Under the pieces are notes generated by a model. It was not told the DNA's origin. It ran no database searches and saw nothing but the letters and a program-made list of their open reading frames with translations. Below are positions 39,475-50,159 of a DNA stretch of 64,000 nucleotides, one piece after another. The stretch lies in NCBI GenBank assembly GCA_032128875.1, contig JAVLKG010000002.1, positions 480,001-544,000 of the forward strand. The letters are read 5' to 3'. A program made the position numbers and the translations under genes. The first letter of the stretch is position 1, and every line of letters begins with the position of its first letter. The DNA is from Candidatus Melainabacteria bacterium 17Bon1m (GTDB lineage: Bacteria > Cyanobacteriota > Vampirovibrionia > Obscuribacterales > Obscuribacteraceae).

Positions 39475-39870
39475 TTAGTGCGAATCGAGCTCGTCACCCA
39501 TGCTGTAGGTTTCGAGGCTGAAGGGTTTTTCCCAACCGTGGTTGATGGAGTTTCTGCCGCCGGAGTACATGCCTTCTGCGGTTCCAACTACCATTCCGAA
39601 CGGGACGCCCATGAGAGAAGCCATGCCCAACGGAATCATGTGCTCTTTGCCACCGATGTTATCGGCGAACTTTTCTGAGAATTCAACACTACGGGAGCCT
39701 GTGCGGCGCACGATAGCTACCGGAATTCCCACAACCATGCCGGTGCCGATGGCAGCCATGCGTACAGGCAACATGAGAGTTTGCTTCGCCATGGACCCTT
39801 CACTTTCTGCAAAAGCAGGAGTATTAAGGGTGAGGGCGAGAAGCGCCAAAAGTCCGATCTTCTTAATCAC
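39475..39870 (-). CDS. Small exported/membrane hypothetical protein
   Basis: GGAGGA RBS, signal peptide ending PAFA and two similar hydrophobic G(I/V)P segments. Confidence 0.75.
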   Translation of the reverse strand: MIKKIGLLALLALTLNTPAFAESEGSMAKQTLMLPVRMAAIGTGMVVGIPVAIVRRTGSRSVEFSEKFADNIGGKEHMIPLGMASLMGVPFGMVVGTAEGMYSGGRNSINHGWEKPFSLETYSMGDELDSH

Positions 39871-40076
39871 AACGTATCCTCCAAAGCTGGCCGTTGCGGG
39901 GTTTCCGCAGTTTGCTCCCGACTCCCTTCTAATGTGACTCTTGGTAACTAGGGGTCATAGTAAGCGTAAGACGAAGTCATAATAACACCGTCTTAGTACA
40001 GACTCTGTTGGTGTACTGTAAAATCATGCCCGGCTGCAAAGGGCGCCGGACGGCTAAAGTAAGCCTTGTTTTTTAC

Positions 40077-41264
40077 ATGAGCAATTCAAATTCCACTTAT
40101 CACCGCAAGGGCTTCGGCCTCAAAGACGAGATTCACGGCGAGCTCAAGGCTGCCTACGAATCGGCTTTGATTGCTGAGCTGAGAGAAAATAACAACACTC
40201 TGGTCCGTTACGGCTTAACCATCAAGCTCGCTTCGGCGTTCGGATTTTGCTGGGGCGTCGACCGAGCCGTTTCGATGGCTTACGAGACCCGCCGTCATTT
40301 CCCGGACAAACGCATCTGGATTACAAACGAGATCATTCACAACCCGGTAGTCAATCAAAATCTTCGCGAGATGCAAATCGATTTCGTTGAGGTCAAATCT
40401 GACGGGACCAAAGACTTCTCCCATGTGAAAGAAGGCGAAGTTGTTATTTTGCCTGCTTTCGGTGCATCCGTAGAAGAGATGGATTTGCTCGAATCGAAAA
40501 AATGCGAAATCGTTGACACCACCTGCCCGTGGGTATCAAGGGTGTGGAATCGAGTCGCTAAGTACGAGCAAGGAGAATTTACTGCGATTATTCACGGTAA
40601 ATACAATCACGAAGAAACAATCGCGACTTCATCGAGAGCCCGTCACTATCTGATTGTTCAAAACATGTCCGAAGCCAATTGGGTGGCTGAATATATTTTG
40701 AATGGCGGCAAGAAAGAAGAATTCCTCGAGCGGTTTAAATCGGCTCATTCTAAAGAATTCGATCCTGACGAGCGCCTGGTGAGAATTGGCGTAGCCAACC
40801 AAACCACAATGCTCAAGGGCGAAACAGAACAAATCGGCAAACTGTTTGAGCGCACGATGCTCTCAAAGTACGGTCCGGAGCAATTGGACAAACATTTCTT
40901 GAGCCCCGGCGACACCATATGTGATGCCACGCAAGAGCGGCAGGATGCCATGCTCAATCTCATTGAAGAGAAACTTGATTTAGTTCTCGTGATTGGCGGC
41001 TTCAATTCCTCGAATACCGGCCATTTGCATGAAATAGCCGATCACAGAAAAATCCGTTCGTATCATATTGATGGACCCTCTTGCATAGGACCCGGCAATC
41101 AGATTAAGCACAAGCCGCAAAATTCAGTCGAATGCATAGTAGAGAACAATTGGCTTCCGGATGGCGATCTGACTATAGGAGTTACTGCTGGCGCATCTAC
41201 TCCTGACCAGGTTGTAGCGGAAGTTTTAGAAGCAGTATTTGCGATGCGCGGAGGCGCGAAGTGA
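40077..41264 (+). CDS. ispH: 4-hydroxy-3-methylbut-2-enyl diphosphate reductase (cyanobacterial/plant-type long form)
   Basis: YHRKGFG N-terminal extension, [46 protein letters not shown] and [10 protein letters not shown]. Confidence 0.97.
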   Translation: MSNSNSTYHRKGFGLKDEIHGELKAAYESALIAELRENNNTLVRYGLTIKLASAFGFCWGVDRAVSMAYETRRHFPDKRIWITNEIIHNPVVNQNLREMQIDFVEVKSDGTKDFSHVKEGEVVILPAFGASVEEMDLLESKKCEIVDTTCPWVSRVWNRVAKYEQGEFTAIIHGKYNHEETIATSSRARHYLIVQNMSEANWVAEYILNGGKKEEFLERFKSAHSKEFDPDERLVRIGVANQTTMLKGETEQIGKLFERTMLSKYGPEQLDKHFLSPGDTICDATQERQDAMLNLIEEKLDLVLVIGGFNSSNTGHLHEIADHRKIRSYHIDGPSCIGPGNQIKHKPQNSVECIVENNWLPDGDLTIGVTAGASTPDQVVAEVLEAVFAMRGGAK

Positions 41265-42316
41265 CATCTCCAGCCCTCAGCGATAAACTTGCCTCGGCTC
41301 CTTTCATGCAGGCGCTCAGACGTGAGAAGTCTGATTACACGCCGGTCTGGCTGATGCGCCAAGCCGGACGTTTTATGCCGGAATATCGCGAAGTTCGCTC
41401 GAAAACAGGTTTTCTTGAACTTTGCCACAATCCACAGCTTTGCGCTGAAGTGACTGTAATGGCCGTCGACTTGTTGAAGGTTGATGCCGCGATCATTTTC
41501 TCTGATATTTTGCTTCCGCTGCAGTCTTTAGGTTGCGGATTGGAATTTGTCAAAGGCGATGGACCGGTCATTCATAATCCAGTTCGTACTATTGACGATG
41601 TGGAAAAATTGCCTGCCATCGATTGCAAAGACAGCCTTTCGTATGTCCTCGAAGCAGTTAGAACTACCCGCCGAGAACTTCCGGAAAACATTCCCCTGAT
41701 AGGTTTTGCAGGAGCGCCATTTACGCTGGCTTCGTATTTGATTGAAGGCGGATCTTCGCGTAATTTCGAGAAAACCAAGCGCTTTATGTACACGCAAAGG
41801 CGTGCCTGGGACAAACTCATGCAGCATCTTTCCAAGATAATTACCGACCATCTCAACAATCAAATTGACGCAGGCGCGCAAGCTGTGCAGATTTTCGACA
41901 GTTGGGTTGGTTGTCTTGGCCAATCCGATTACACTGAATTCGTGCTGCCACATGTCGCACGCACCATATCCGGTATTAAGAAGGGCGCTCCGGTAATTCA
42001 CTTCGGAACGGGCACATCAGCTTTGCTCGAACTTTTGAGACAGGCCGGTGGAGACGTTATCGGCATTGACTGGAGAATCGAGTTGGCATCGGCCTGGCAA
42101 AAGGTGGGCTACGACAGGGCCGTTCAAGGCAATCTGGATCCGGTTGTGCTCTTTGCTGATAAAGATGAAATCAAAAGGCGCGCTGCGAATGTTCTCAAAC
42201 AGGCTGACGGCAGACCGGGGCACGTTTTCAATCTCGGTCACGGAGTGCTTCCTGAAACACCATATGAAAATGTGAAATATCTGGTAGAGATAGTTCACGA
42301 ACTCGGTCGCAAATGA
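41261..42316 (+). CDS. hemE: Uroporphyrinogen decarboxylase
   Basis: [46 protein letters not shown] and FNLGHG. Confidence 0.97.
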   Translation: MTSPALSDKLASAPFMQALRREKSDYTPVWLMRQAGRFMPEYREVRSKTGFLELCHNPQLCAEVTVMAVDLLKVDAAIIFSDILLPLQSLGCGLEFVKGDGPVIHNPVRTIDDVEKLPAIDCKDSLSYVLEAVRTTRRELPENIPLIGFAGAPFTLASYLIEGGSSRNFEKTKRFMYTQRRAWDKLMQHLSKIITDHLNNQIDAGAQAVQIFDSWVGCLGQSDYTEFVLPHVARTISGIKKGAPVIHFGTGTSALLELLRQAGGDVIGIDWRIELASAWQKVGYDRAVQGNLDPVVLFADKDEIKRRAANVLKQADGRPGHVFNLGHGVLPETPYENVKYLVEIVHELGRK

Positions 42317-43785
42317 CATCGCTTGCCAAGAAAGTTGTCATCATAGGTGGTGGCATATCAGGATTATCCGCAGCATTTCGATTGACGCAACTATGCGGTG
42401 ATGAACCAATCGAAGTAACCCTAATCGAGGCTAGCTCCCGCTTTGGTGGCGTAATAAGAACTCAATTTGTCGACAATTGTCTGATTGAGCATGGTCCCGA
42501 TAATATGTTGACTGCTAAGCCGTGGGGTGTAAATCTCATGAAAGAGCTTGGCATGGAAAAACAAATCGTCGAGACCGATGAAGCAAATCGTCGTGCTTTC
42601 ATTGCTGCAAAAGACGGTCTTCTTCCCATGCCTGAAGGTTTTCGTTTAATAGCACCAGCAAGCATTGCCGCACTTGCCGCGTCTCCTTGTTTGAGTCTTG
42701 CAGGAAAGCTGAGAGCTGTATGTGAGACTCTAGTTCCACGCCACGAAAAATTGTCATCTGGTAGTTTGCCGGATGATTTTGACGAGAGTCTTAGCAGTTT
42801 CGTGACCCGGCGGTTGGGAAAAGAAGCGCTCGATAAGCTGGCTCAGCCATTGTTTTCCGGCATTTATACGGCTGATCCAGAAACCCTCAGCATGCGTGCT
42901 ACCATGCCGCAATTTCTCGAATATGAAGCACAGTATGGCAGCGTTATTCGTGGTCTGAAGTCCTCGGGCAAAGAGAATGGCAAAGCTGAAGCCGTTCGAT
43001 ACAGTATGTTTATCGCTCCGCAAAGAGGCATGGGGTCAATTGTCGACGCGCTGGTCGATGAATTGAAGCGCCATAATAATGTCTCGCTCCGGACTGAAAC
43101 ACGTGTCACTGATCTGAATTTTTCTACCTGCGAAAAACAATGGGCTGTAAAACTTGCCGATCAATCAACCATCAACGCAGATGCAGTCCTTCTCTGTCTG
43201 CCAGCGCATGGAGCTGCAAAATTATTGCGCGAGACAAATGCTGAAATCAGTGAACTCTTAGCGTTTATAAACTATGCATCGTCTGCAGTCGTCAACTTTA
43301 TTGTCGAGCGTGAACGGGTTCTGCACCCCTTAGATGGCTTTGGTTTTGTTGTGCCTGCCGAACTTGGAAAACACGTTCTTGCCGGCAGTTTTTCCAGCGT
43401 GAAGTTTAAAAATCGGGCGCCGGAAGGTCTGACTGTATTGCGAGCATTCGTGGGCGGAGCTCTATTTCCTGAGATGCTGATGCTGTCGGATGCGGAAATA
43501 CGCGATCGAGCGTTTGAAGATTTGAGCTTTTATTTGTCTATCAGTCCACCGGCTCGCGGTTTGCCCTACAAGCATGCCTCAGTGACACGGTGGAATAATT
43601 CTATGCCGCAGTATAAAGTCGGACATCGAAACACTGTGCGGGCGATTGAGAAGCAGATTGAAACTCTCAGCGGCGTTTTCCTTTGTGGCGCAGCCTATGA
43701 GGGCGTCGGTATCCCGGACTGTATTCGCAGTGCAGACAAAGCTGCCGAATCTGTTTATCTTTCTCTCTTCGCTACTGTTTCATAA
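42313..43785 (+). CDS. hemY: HemY-type protoporphyrinogen/coproporphyrinogen oxidase (FAD)
   Basis: IIGGGISGLSAA, EHGPD, GIYTADP, GFGFVVP, MPQYKVGH and YEGVGIPDCI; ATGA overlap with hemE. Confidence 0.93.
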   Translation: MTSLAKKVVIIGGGISGLSAAFRLTQLCGDEPIEVTLIEASSRFGGVIRTQFVDNCLIEHGPDNMLTAKPWGVNLMKELGMEKQIVETDEANRRAFIAAKDGLLPMPEGFRLIAPASIAALAASPCLSLAGKLRAVCETLVPRHEKLSSGSLPDDFDESLSSFVTRRLGKEALDKLAQPLFSGIYTADPETLSMRATMPQFLEYEAQYGSVIRGLKSSGKENGKAEAVRYSMFIAPQRGMGSIVDALVDELKRHNNVSLRTETRVTDLNFSTCEKQWAVKLADQSTINADAVLLCLPAHGAAKLLRETNAEISELLAFINYASSAVVNFIVERERVLHPLDGFGFVVPAELGKHVLAGSFSSVKFKNRAPEGLTVLRAFVGGALFPEMLMLSDAEIRDRAFEDLSFYLSISPPARGLPYKHASVTRWNNSMPQYKVGHRNTVRAIEKQIETLSGVFLCGAAYEGVGIPDCIRSADKAAESVYLSLFATVS

Positions 43786-43896
43786 TCGGCCATTTAATGA
43801 TTATTGACCGGCCCAGATTGGGCAAAGAACTTTTGGTTCTGTCTTAACGAGCGACATGCTCGCTGGAATTATGCCTTTCTAGATCGATGGAGTCTG

Positions 43897-44949
43897 ATGG
43901 AATCTGTAATTCGCAAAGATAAGGATGCCGCCAAGCGACCGCCCAAGCATAAGATTGCTACGGTAGATAGCGGCTGTAATCTTTGCGGGTCATTTCGCCC
44001 AGCTCTCTACACGAGAGGCAAGGAGCATGAATACACCAATACAACCGACGATGTGTTCACCATCGTAAGCTGCACTAGCTGCAAGCTTATCTATATGGAC
44101 CCACGCCCTGATTTCCGGGAATTGGGTACCATATATCCGCCCAACTATTACTCATACAATCAAGACATTCTGCGGCGCAAAGCTAATCCGCGTTCAATAT
44201 TGAGCAGTCTTCGCTACAAGGGCTTTCGTGCCAAAGTAGAAAAGTCCCTCAAGCTGGCGGGACTGGAAGAGAAGGGCCAAGTCAAAATACTCGACATTGG
44301 CTGTGGTGATGGGCATTTGCTTAACCTCTATCGCGAAGCTTATGGCGACAAAGTTGAGACGCATGGTGTCGACTTCAACTTAGAGGCGGTAGTTTTAGCC
44401 TCAGCGGCTGGGCACCTCACGTATAAGGGCAGGTTCGAGGATGCTCAGATAGGTGAAAACCAATTCGACCTTGTTGTCGCCAGCCATGTGATCGAGCATG
44501 TCTCGGACCCGGTCTGGTTTACCGAGAAAGTCTCACAAGTCTTGAAGCCTGGTGGTGTTTTCTGGTTTGAAACGCCCAACATTGGCTCTATCGATGCAAA
44601 ATGGTTCAAAGAAGGGCATTGGGGTGGTTATCACTTCCCGCGTCATTGGTTTTTCTTCACGCCTGAGACAATCAAAATGTTGGCTGAGAAAACGCGTTTT
44701 ACCCTTGAATCCATCGACTACGTGCCAAATGCCATTTTCTGGTTTTGGACTTTTCACAGTCTCATGGTCGCGAAGAGTGAAAAGCTAAGACCACTGGCTG
44801 ACTTTCTCTTTCCGCCCATCGATTTTCAAAAGGACTCGCTGGCCAATTTCCTGAGAATCTGCCTTTTCTCGGTGGTCGACGTTTTGATAAAGCGTCGCAC
44901 CGGGCAGACTTCAAATATGATCGTGGTTTTCCGGAAGCCTCAGTTTTAA
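43897..44949 (+). CDS. Class I SAM-dependent methyltransferase with N-terminal Zn-ribbon
   Basis: CNLCG...CTSC, LDIGCGDG, HVIEHV and LKPGG...ETPN, HWGGYHFPRHW; start moved to MESVI (GGAG RBS). Confidence 0.9.
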   Translation: MESVIRKDKDAAKRPPKHKIATVDSGCNLCGSFRPALYTRGKEHEYTNTTDDVFTIVSCTSCKLIYMDPRPDFRELGTIYPPNYYSYNQDILRRKANPRSILSSLRYKGFRAKVEKSLKLAGLEEKGQVKILDIGCGDGHLLNLYREAYGDKVETHGVDFNLEAVVLASAAGHLTYKGRFEDAQIGENQFDLVVASHVIEHVSDPVWFTEKVSQVLKPGGVFWFETPNIGSIDAKWFKEGHWGGYHFPRHWFFFTPETIKMLAEKTRFTLESIDYVPNAIFWFWTFHSLMVAKSEKLRPLADFLFPPIDFQKDSLANFLRICLFSVVDVLIKRRTGQTSNMIVVFRKPQF

Positions 44950-44959
44950 CCGACAGCCA

Positions 44960-47023
44960 GTGAGCTTGGATAAAACACCAGTAACAGGGTCGCAATTCAG
45001 TGATTCGTCTTCTGCGGCGAACGGTGAAACTTTGACCATGCCGGTTTGCCCGTCTTGCGGCATGAAGCTTGCTCACGGAACGATCAAATGTCCTAACGAC
45101 GGCACGGAAGTAGTGACAAAGTACAAATCCGGCGATTGCCTGAGCGAGAAGTATCAATTTCTCGAATCAGTCGGCTCGGGCGGCATGGGCATCATTTACA
45201 AGGCCAATCATCTGGCTTTGAATCGCATCGTAGCCATCAAACTTCTGCACCCATATTTGTTGAATCCCGACACTATTATGCGATTCCAGCGCGAAGCTCG
45301 CACTGCTAGTAAACTTCGTCATCCCAATTTGATCGAAGTACAAGATGTGGGCAGCACTGACGAAGGTCAGCCCTACATGGTCATGGACTTCATTAGCGGC
45401 AAGTCCCTGTCTGATCTTATACGCGAGAAGGGGCGCCTCACGGTAGAGGAGACGATACGGATTTTTATTCAGATCTGCAATGGACTCGCTTATGCGCATA
45501 AGCAGAATATTCTTCATCGCGATTTGAAGCCCAGCAATGTGATGCTTGTCACTGATGAGCACGGCGTAACAGTAGCGAAGATTTTAGACTTTGGTATTGC
45601 AAAAGTATTGGAAGAAGGCGAGAACAAAGGCGCCACTTTGACAAAGACAGGCGATGTGTTCGGCAGCCCGCTCTACATGAGCCCGGAGCAGGGGTCCGGT
45701 GGAAAAGTCGATCGGCGCTCCGATTGTTATTCTCTCGGGTGTATGCTTTTTGAGTGCCTGACAGGCACGCCACCTTTTGTCGGCAAGAGCATAATAGAGA
45801 CATTGATGGGTCACGCGCAACAGCGCCCACCCAGTCTAAAAGAAGCTACTCTTGGCTCAGATTTTCCGGAAGAGCTCAATGCTCTTGTTTTGAAGCTGCT
45901 TGCTAAGGCTCCTGATGACAGGTATCAGTCTGTCGTAGAGGTACGCGAAGACTTGCAAGCTATCCTCGATTCATTGGCTCATGCTCATACTGACACACTT
46001 GATTCCGTCTCAAAGAGCGAATTGCGAAAAAAGGCGGGAAGTGACGGCACCGTATCTGATGGCAGGAAGAGTTTCTGGGTCACTGCCAGTGGAAAAGACT
46101 TGACTATTCTGCTTTTATCTTTGGCCGTGATCGTTTTGGTTGGCAAAGACATTTGGATCTCATACAGTGAGCAAAAAGACAGCACTTTGCCTACGGTTGA
46201 AGCAGACAATAAGTACAAGGTGAATTTCGAGTCTTTTGCAAACGATACCTCAAATGAAGTGCAGCGGACTCTGGATTTGCATCCAAGCGCAGACGTCTTT
46301 GAATTACGCGGAGTTGACATTGATGATTCATCTCTGGCTGTGTTGAAAAACAACCAGCAAATTCAGAAGCTCGATTTAGAATCTACAGGCTTGAAAGGCA
46401 CTGGACTTGCTGTTTGTCAGACTCTGCCCAATTTGGAAAAGCTGAACGTTTCTGCAAATCCATTGACTGACGAAGGAGTGATGGTAATAAGCCAGCTTCG
46501 CCAAGTAAAAAATCTTGAGATGAAAGGGATAACACTGTCTCCGTTGGCCATGAGCTACATCGGAAAAATGAAGAATCTGACCAAGTTGGAATTGGATGAG
46601 GATGACCTTCAGGATAAGAATCTCGCTTACTTGTCGAACATGCCCGCGCTTGAGGAGTTGTCGCTAAACGATCAGAAGAAAATGAGCGACAGGAATTTGC
46701 TTGTGCTGAGAAATCTTCCGGCTTTAAAAATGTTGGATGTCAGCGGAACAAAAGCGACGGGAAAAGGTCTCGTTCATCCTAACGAATACCCTCATCTGGA
46801 GAAGGTTTCGCTCACTGATAATAAACTTTCTGAAGAAGGTTTTCGTGCGCTTGGAAAATTGAAGAATTTGCAAGAACTGGATCTTCGTCGATCGACTTTC
46901 GATGCAAATTGGATCAAGTTTTTGAAAACTTGTCCAAGGCTGAATAAGTTGAAGGTGGCGGGCGAAGTAGACATGGGAACAATTGAGCGCTTGCTGCCCC
47001 ATGTGAAAATCAATCCGGAGTAA
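44960..47023 (+). CDS. Hanks-type Ser/Thr kinase with N-terminal Zn ribbon, TM helix and C-terminal leucine-rich repeats
   Basis: CPSC...CPNDG, GSGGMG, VAIK, HRDLKPSN, DFG and GSPLYMSPE; TM LTILLLSLAVIVLV; LxxLxL repeats. Confidence 0.93.
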   Translation: MSLDKTPVTGSQFSDSSSAANGETLTMPVCPSCGMKLAHGTIKCPNDGTEVVTKYKSGDCLSEKYQFLESVGSGGMGIIYKANHLALNRIVAIKLLHPYLLNPDTIMRFQREARTASKLRHPNLIEVQDVGSTDEGQPYMVMDFISGKSLSDLIREKGRLTVEETIRIFIQICNGLAYAHKQNILHRDLKPSNVMLVTDEHGVTVAKILDFGIAKVLEEGENKGATLTKTGDVFGSPLYMSPEQGSGGKVDRRSDCYSLGCMLFECLTGTPPFVGKSIIETLMGHAQQRPPSLKEATLGSDFPEELNALVLKLLAKAPDDRYQSVVEVREDLQAILDSLAHAHTDTLDSVSKSELRKKAGSDGTVSDGRKSFWVTASGKDLTILLLSLAVIVLVGKDIWISYSEQKDSTLPTVEADNKYKVNFESFANDTSNEVQRTLDLHPSADVFELRGVDIDDSSLAVLKNNQQIQKLDLESTGLKGTGLAVCQTLPNLEKLNVSANPLTDEGVMVISQLRQVKNLEMKGITLSPLAMSYIGKMKNLTKLELDEDDLQDKNLAYLSNMPALEELSLNDQKKMSDRNLLVLRNLPALKMLDVSGTKATGKGLVHPNEYPHLEKVSLTDNKLSEEGFRALGKLKNLQELDLRRSTFDANWIKFLKTCPRLNKLKVAGEVDMGTIERLLPHVKINPE

Positions 47024-47032
47024 TATGCAAAA

Positions 47033-47075
47033 AATGCTGCTCACCGGCAGCATTCTTCTTTTACTCTTTTTCTTT
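47033..47075 (+). terminator. Intrinsic terminator after the kinase
   Basis: AATGCTGC-N6-GCAGCATT followed by a long T-rich tract. A second hairpin GAGTCAGACC/GGTCCGACTC plus TTTT lies at 47099-47125. Confidence 0.7.
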
Positions 47076-47278
47076 TCTATCAAAAATCGGCGCTTTTGGA
47101 GTCAGACCGTTGGTCCGACTCTTTTGATTTTCAGTTCTTTCTCGGCTTAGCGCCGTATTACCGGAAGAACAAGCAACGCAACCAGAGTCCAACTCAGACA
47201 ATGATAAATATGCCCATCCCTTGGCAGCCTAAACGCAATTGAGGGTTTTGAAGATTAACATGCTCTCAGCTTTGCGGC

Positions 47279-48304
47279 TCAGGCACTATTAGGTTTGCGC
47301 GCAGTCAAAGACATATTAGATGTTGTTCCGGTCATTGCTTTCAAAACGACGTCCAGCAAAGTGAACGCGGATACGAATATCAGATTTTTCAAGCTGTTTT
47401 TCTGAAATTCAGTAGGTGGAAAGATCCAGTCTGAAAATCTGCTGAAACTTCCTTCCCTATCTCGATCTACTGAGCCAATGAGCGAATGCATTGTCCAGTT
47501 CCAGAAAGCCGGTGCCGGATGAAATTGCGTTTGTTCGACGATAAAACCGCGTTCTTCAATCATTTTTTTCAAAGTGTTCGGACTGTAAAAGATCCAGTGC
47601 CTGGGAAAGTGATATCCGCCCCAGTGGCGGTTCTTGAATAGCTTTGCGTCGGCGGCTTCGATGTTGGGTGTCTCGACAAGGAAGATGCCTCCAGGCTTGA
47701 GCACTTCAAATGCTTTTTGAGCGAAAAGTTTTGGATCGGCAACGTGTTCTATCACGTGTGTGGCAACTACAAGATCGAAGTAGGCTGCCGGGACATCGGC
47801 TTCTTCAAAGCGCCCTGCATAAACTGTATGACCGGCTTGTCGCGCCAGTTCTACAGCCTTTTCATCGAAATCTACACCATAAGTCTCGACATTCACGCTC
47901 CGTACTTGTTTGTACCAATTGAGCGCACGCCCGTCTGCGCAACCGATATCCAGCACTTTGACGGTAGAATTCGGACCGCACATCGATACAGCCTTCTCCA
48001 GGCGGTTCAGATAAACGTGCCGCCGGGCTTTGTAGAGAAGGGAATCGGTGTTCTCAGTGGCTTTTTGCGCTAAATGGTAGGCGTAATAATCGTTGGGATA
48101 GATTGTGGATAGTTCGGATACATCCGGGCGAGGATTGAGATAGACGAGTCCGCAATCCGTGCACTTGACCACGCGAAATACATCGGAAGTAGTGTTTTTG
48201 TACTCATGTTCTGTGCCCTCAGTAACCAGAGTGGAGTTATTACTGCCGCAGTTGTTGCAGCAGACCTCCACTTTCTTGATTGCTGTTTTCATGGCACTTT
48301 GCAT
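47279..48304 (-). CDS. Class I SAM-dependent methyltransferase, paralog of 43897..44949
   Basis: CNNCG...CTDC, LDIGCADG, HVIEHV and HWGGYHFPRHW. Confidence 0.9.
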   Translation of the reverse strand: MQSAMKTAIKKVEVCCNNCGSNNSTLVTEGTEHEYKNTTSDVFRVVKCTDCGLVYLNPRPDVSELSTIYPNDYYAYHLAQKATENTDSLLYKARRHVYLNRLEKAVSMCGPNSTVKVLDIGCADGRALNWYKQVRSVNVETYGVDFDEKAVELARQAGHTVYAGRFEEADVPAAYFDLVVATHVIEHVADPKLFAQKAFEVLKPGGIFLVETPNIEAADAKLFKNRHWGGYHFPRHWIFYSPNTLKKMIEERGFIVEQTQFHPAPAFWNWTMHSLIGSVDRDREGSFSRFSDWIFPPTEFQKNSLKNLIFVSAFTLLDVVLKAMTGTTSNMSLTARKPNSA

Positions 48305-48461
48305 TTCTTGCTCTTAGCCAAGCCCAAAGGCGGCTTAATTTGTGTTTGCGGCGCTCCAGCTACAATTTTTACGATAGCAGGCTTCAAGATTCAACTTATG
48401 GCGCCCCGCTTGCTGCATAATTCTAAGAACGGTATCCCTATAAAAGCGCAGAAACTACCCT

Positions 48462-50135
48462 ATGCCACGTAAGCAAGCGCCAGCGCAGGAAGAAAAGCAG
48501 AGCCGTTCCGGCTCGTGGGTGCAGGTCGAAGGCGGCCCGATTTTGGCTTGCATAGACATGGGTACCAACTCATTTCACATGATTGTCTGCCAGGCCAGCC
48601 CTGAGCGTGACCATTTCGAAGTGATTACCAAGGTAAAAGAGGCGGTGCCCTTCTTCAGACGGTCGCTCACTGCTCACTATATCGACGAAGTAGCGTTGCA
48701 TTCGGCGATAAGCATTTTGAAAGTAATGCGCAAAAAGGCTTATGAAAAGGGTGCCAACAGCATTGTAGCCGTGGCAACATCGGCAGTGCGGGAATCTCGC
48801 AACGGTGCTGAAGTACTGAGCAAAATCAAAGAAGAATTGGAAATAGATGCGCGTATGATCTCCGGAAAGGAAGAGGCGCGCCTGATTTACCTCGGTGTGT
48901 TGTGGAGCATGCCGAAGCTGAAAGGACAATTCGGTATCGTCGATATCGGCGGCGGGTCTACCGAAGTGATCATGGGTGATCGGCATGGCATCGGCTTTGC
49001 TGAATCCTACAAACTTGGTGCTGCTCGTCTTACTCAACGATTTTTCAAGAAAGGGCAACCGACGCAAGAGACACTGCGCGAACTGCACGATGAAGTGAGG
49101 GGCGTGCTGCGCCCTGCTGCTGCAAGGCTCAACGAACTTGGTGGAGTACAGCAACTGATCGGTACATCAGGTACTGTTCAATCGCTTGCGAAAATCGATC
49201 GTGCGCGTCAAGGCAAACCCGGACATGAACTGCAGGGCTGGAAAATCTCTCAAAAACGCCTTGAAGAGATAGTCTTACTTATCGAAGAGAGTTCTATCAA
49301 GCAAGAGAAAATCAAAGGTGTAAGTTCTGATCGAAGCCAGACTATTCTTGCAGGCGCAATTGTTTTGCTTGAAACCATGCGTTCTTTCAATGTATCTGAA
49401 GTCATAGTTTGCACCGCAGCACTAAGAGAAGGCTGTGTTGTCGATCGATTTTTGCAGACCGGTTGGTTGGATGGCGGATTGAAAGAACATCGCGATCCGC
49501 GCTCAACATCAGTGCATCAACTCATGGACAAGTATCATGTGCCATACGATCACGCCGAGCAAGTAGCGAGAATCGCCTCTGACATTTTTATTCAAACGCG
49601 CGGCATTCTGCATGAATACACACCATATGTAGGACATCTCCTCTGGTCCGCATCAATGTTGCACGACATTGGGATGTTTATTGGAAGAAACGGGCACCAC
49701 AAGCATTCGTATTATTTGATCAAGCATTCTGGACTGCTAGGACACTCAGAAGAGGAAGTCGGCATCATTGCAGCGATTGCTCGTTATCACAGAGGCAGCG
49801 AACCGAAAGATTCGCATGAGGCGTTCTATACTGTCACGCCTGAAAATAGAAAGGTGCTGACCGATATGGCAGCAATTTTGCGTGTCGCCGAAGCTCTAGA
49901 TCGCAGTCACAAACAGGTTATTGAGCGAGTCACAGTGGCAATGCAACCGTTTCAAAAAGGCGGCTATGAGAAAAAACTGTTATCGCTTATCGTGAAATTG
50001 AAATCCGGCGAAAATTGCTATTCGGAAAGTTGGGCATTGCTCGAGAAGAAAGAGTTTTTCGAGAATCAGTTTCAAGTCCGGCTCAGTCTGCAGGTTCAAG
50101 CCGAAGCAGGCTATGCGGTTAAGTCGAACAAATAG
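48462..50135 (+). CDS. ppx: Ppx/GppA exopolyphosphatase / pppGpp phosphohydrolase with HD domain
   Basis: IDMGTNSFH, ATSAVRE, EEARLIY, DIGGGSTE, ALREG, LHDIG, HHKHSYY and ARYHR. Confidence 0.93.
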   Translation: MPRKQAPAQEEKQSRSGSWVQVEGGPILACIDMGTNSFHMIVCQASPERDHFEVITKVKEAVPFFRRSLTAHYIDEVALHSAISILKVMRKKAYEKGANSIVAVATSAVRESRNGAEVLSKIKEELEIDARMISGKEEARLIYLGVLWSMPKLKGQFGIVDIGGGSTEVIMGDRHGIGFAESYKLGAARLTQRFFKKGQPTQETLRELHDEVRGVLRPAAARLNELGGVQQLIGTSGTVQSLAKIDRARQGKPGHELQGWKISQKRLEEIVLLIEESSIKQEKIKGVSSDRSQTILAGAIVLLETMRSFNVSEVIVCTAALREGCVVDRFLQTGWLDGGLKEHRDPRSTSVHQLMDKYHVPYDHAEQVARIASDIFIQTRGILHEYTPYVGHLLWSASMLHDIGMFIGRNGHHKHSYYLIKHSGLLGHSEEEVGIIAAIARYHRGSEPKDSHEAFYTVTPENRKVLTDMAAILRVAEALDRSHKQVIERVTVAMQPFQKGGYEKKLLSLIVKLKSGENCYSESWALLEKKEFFENQFQVRLSLQVQAEAGYAVKSNK

Positions 50136-50159
50136 AGAATTAGTGATACAGGTTTTGGA

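Noticed and set aside
47126-47278. Small ORF between the kinase and the second methyltransferase
   Set aside because: The - strand frames I read are short or stop-interrupted with no convincing RBS; the region is explained by terminator hairpins.
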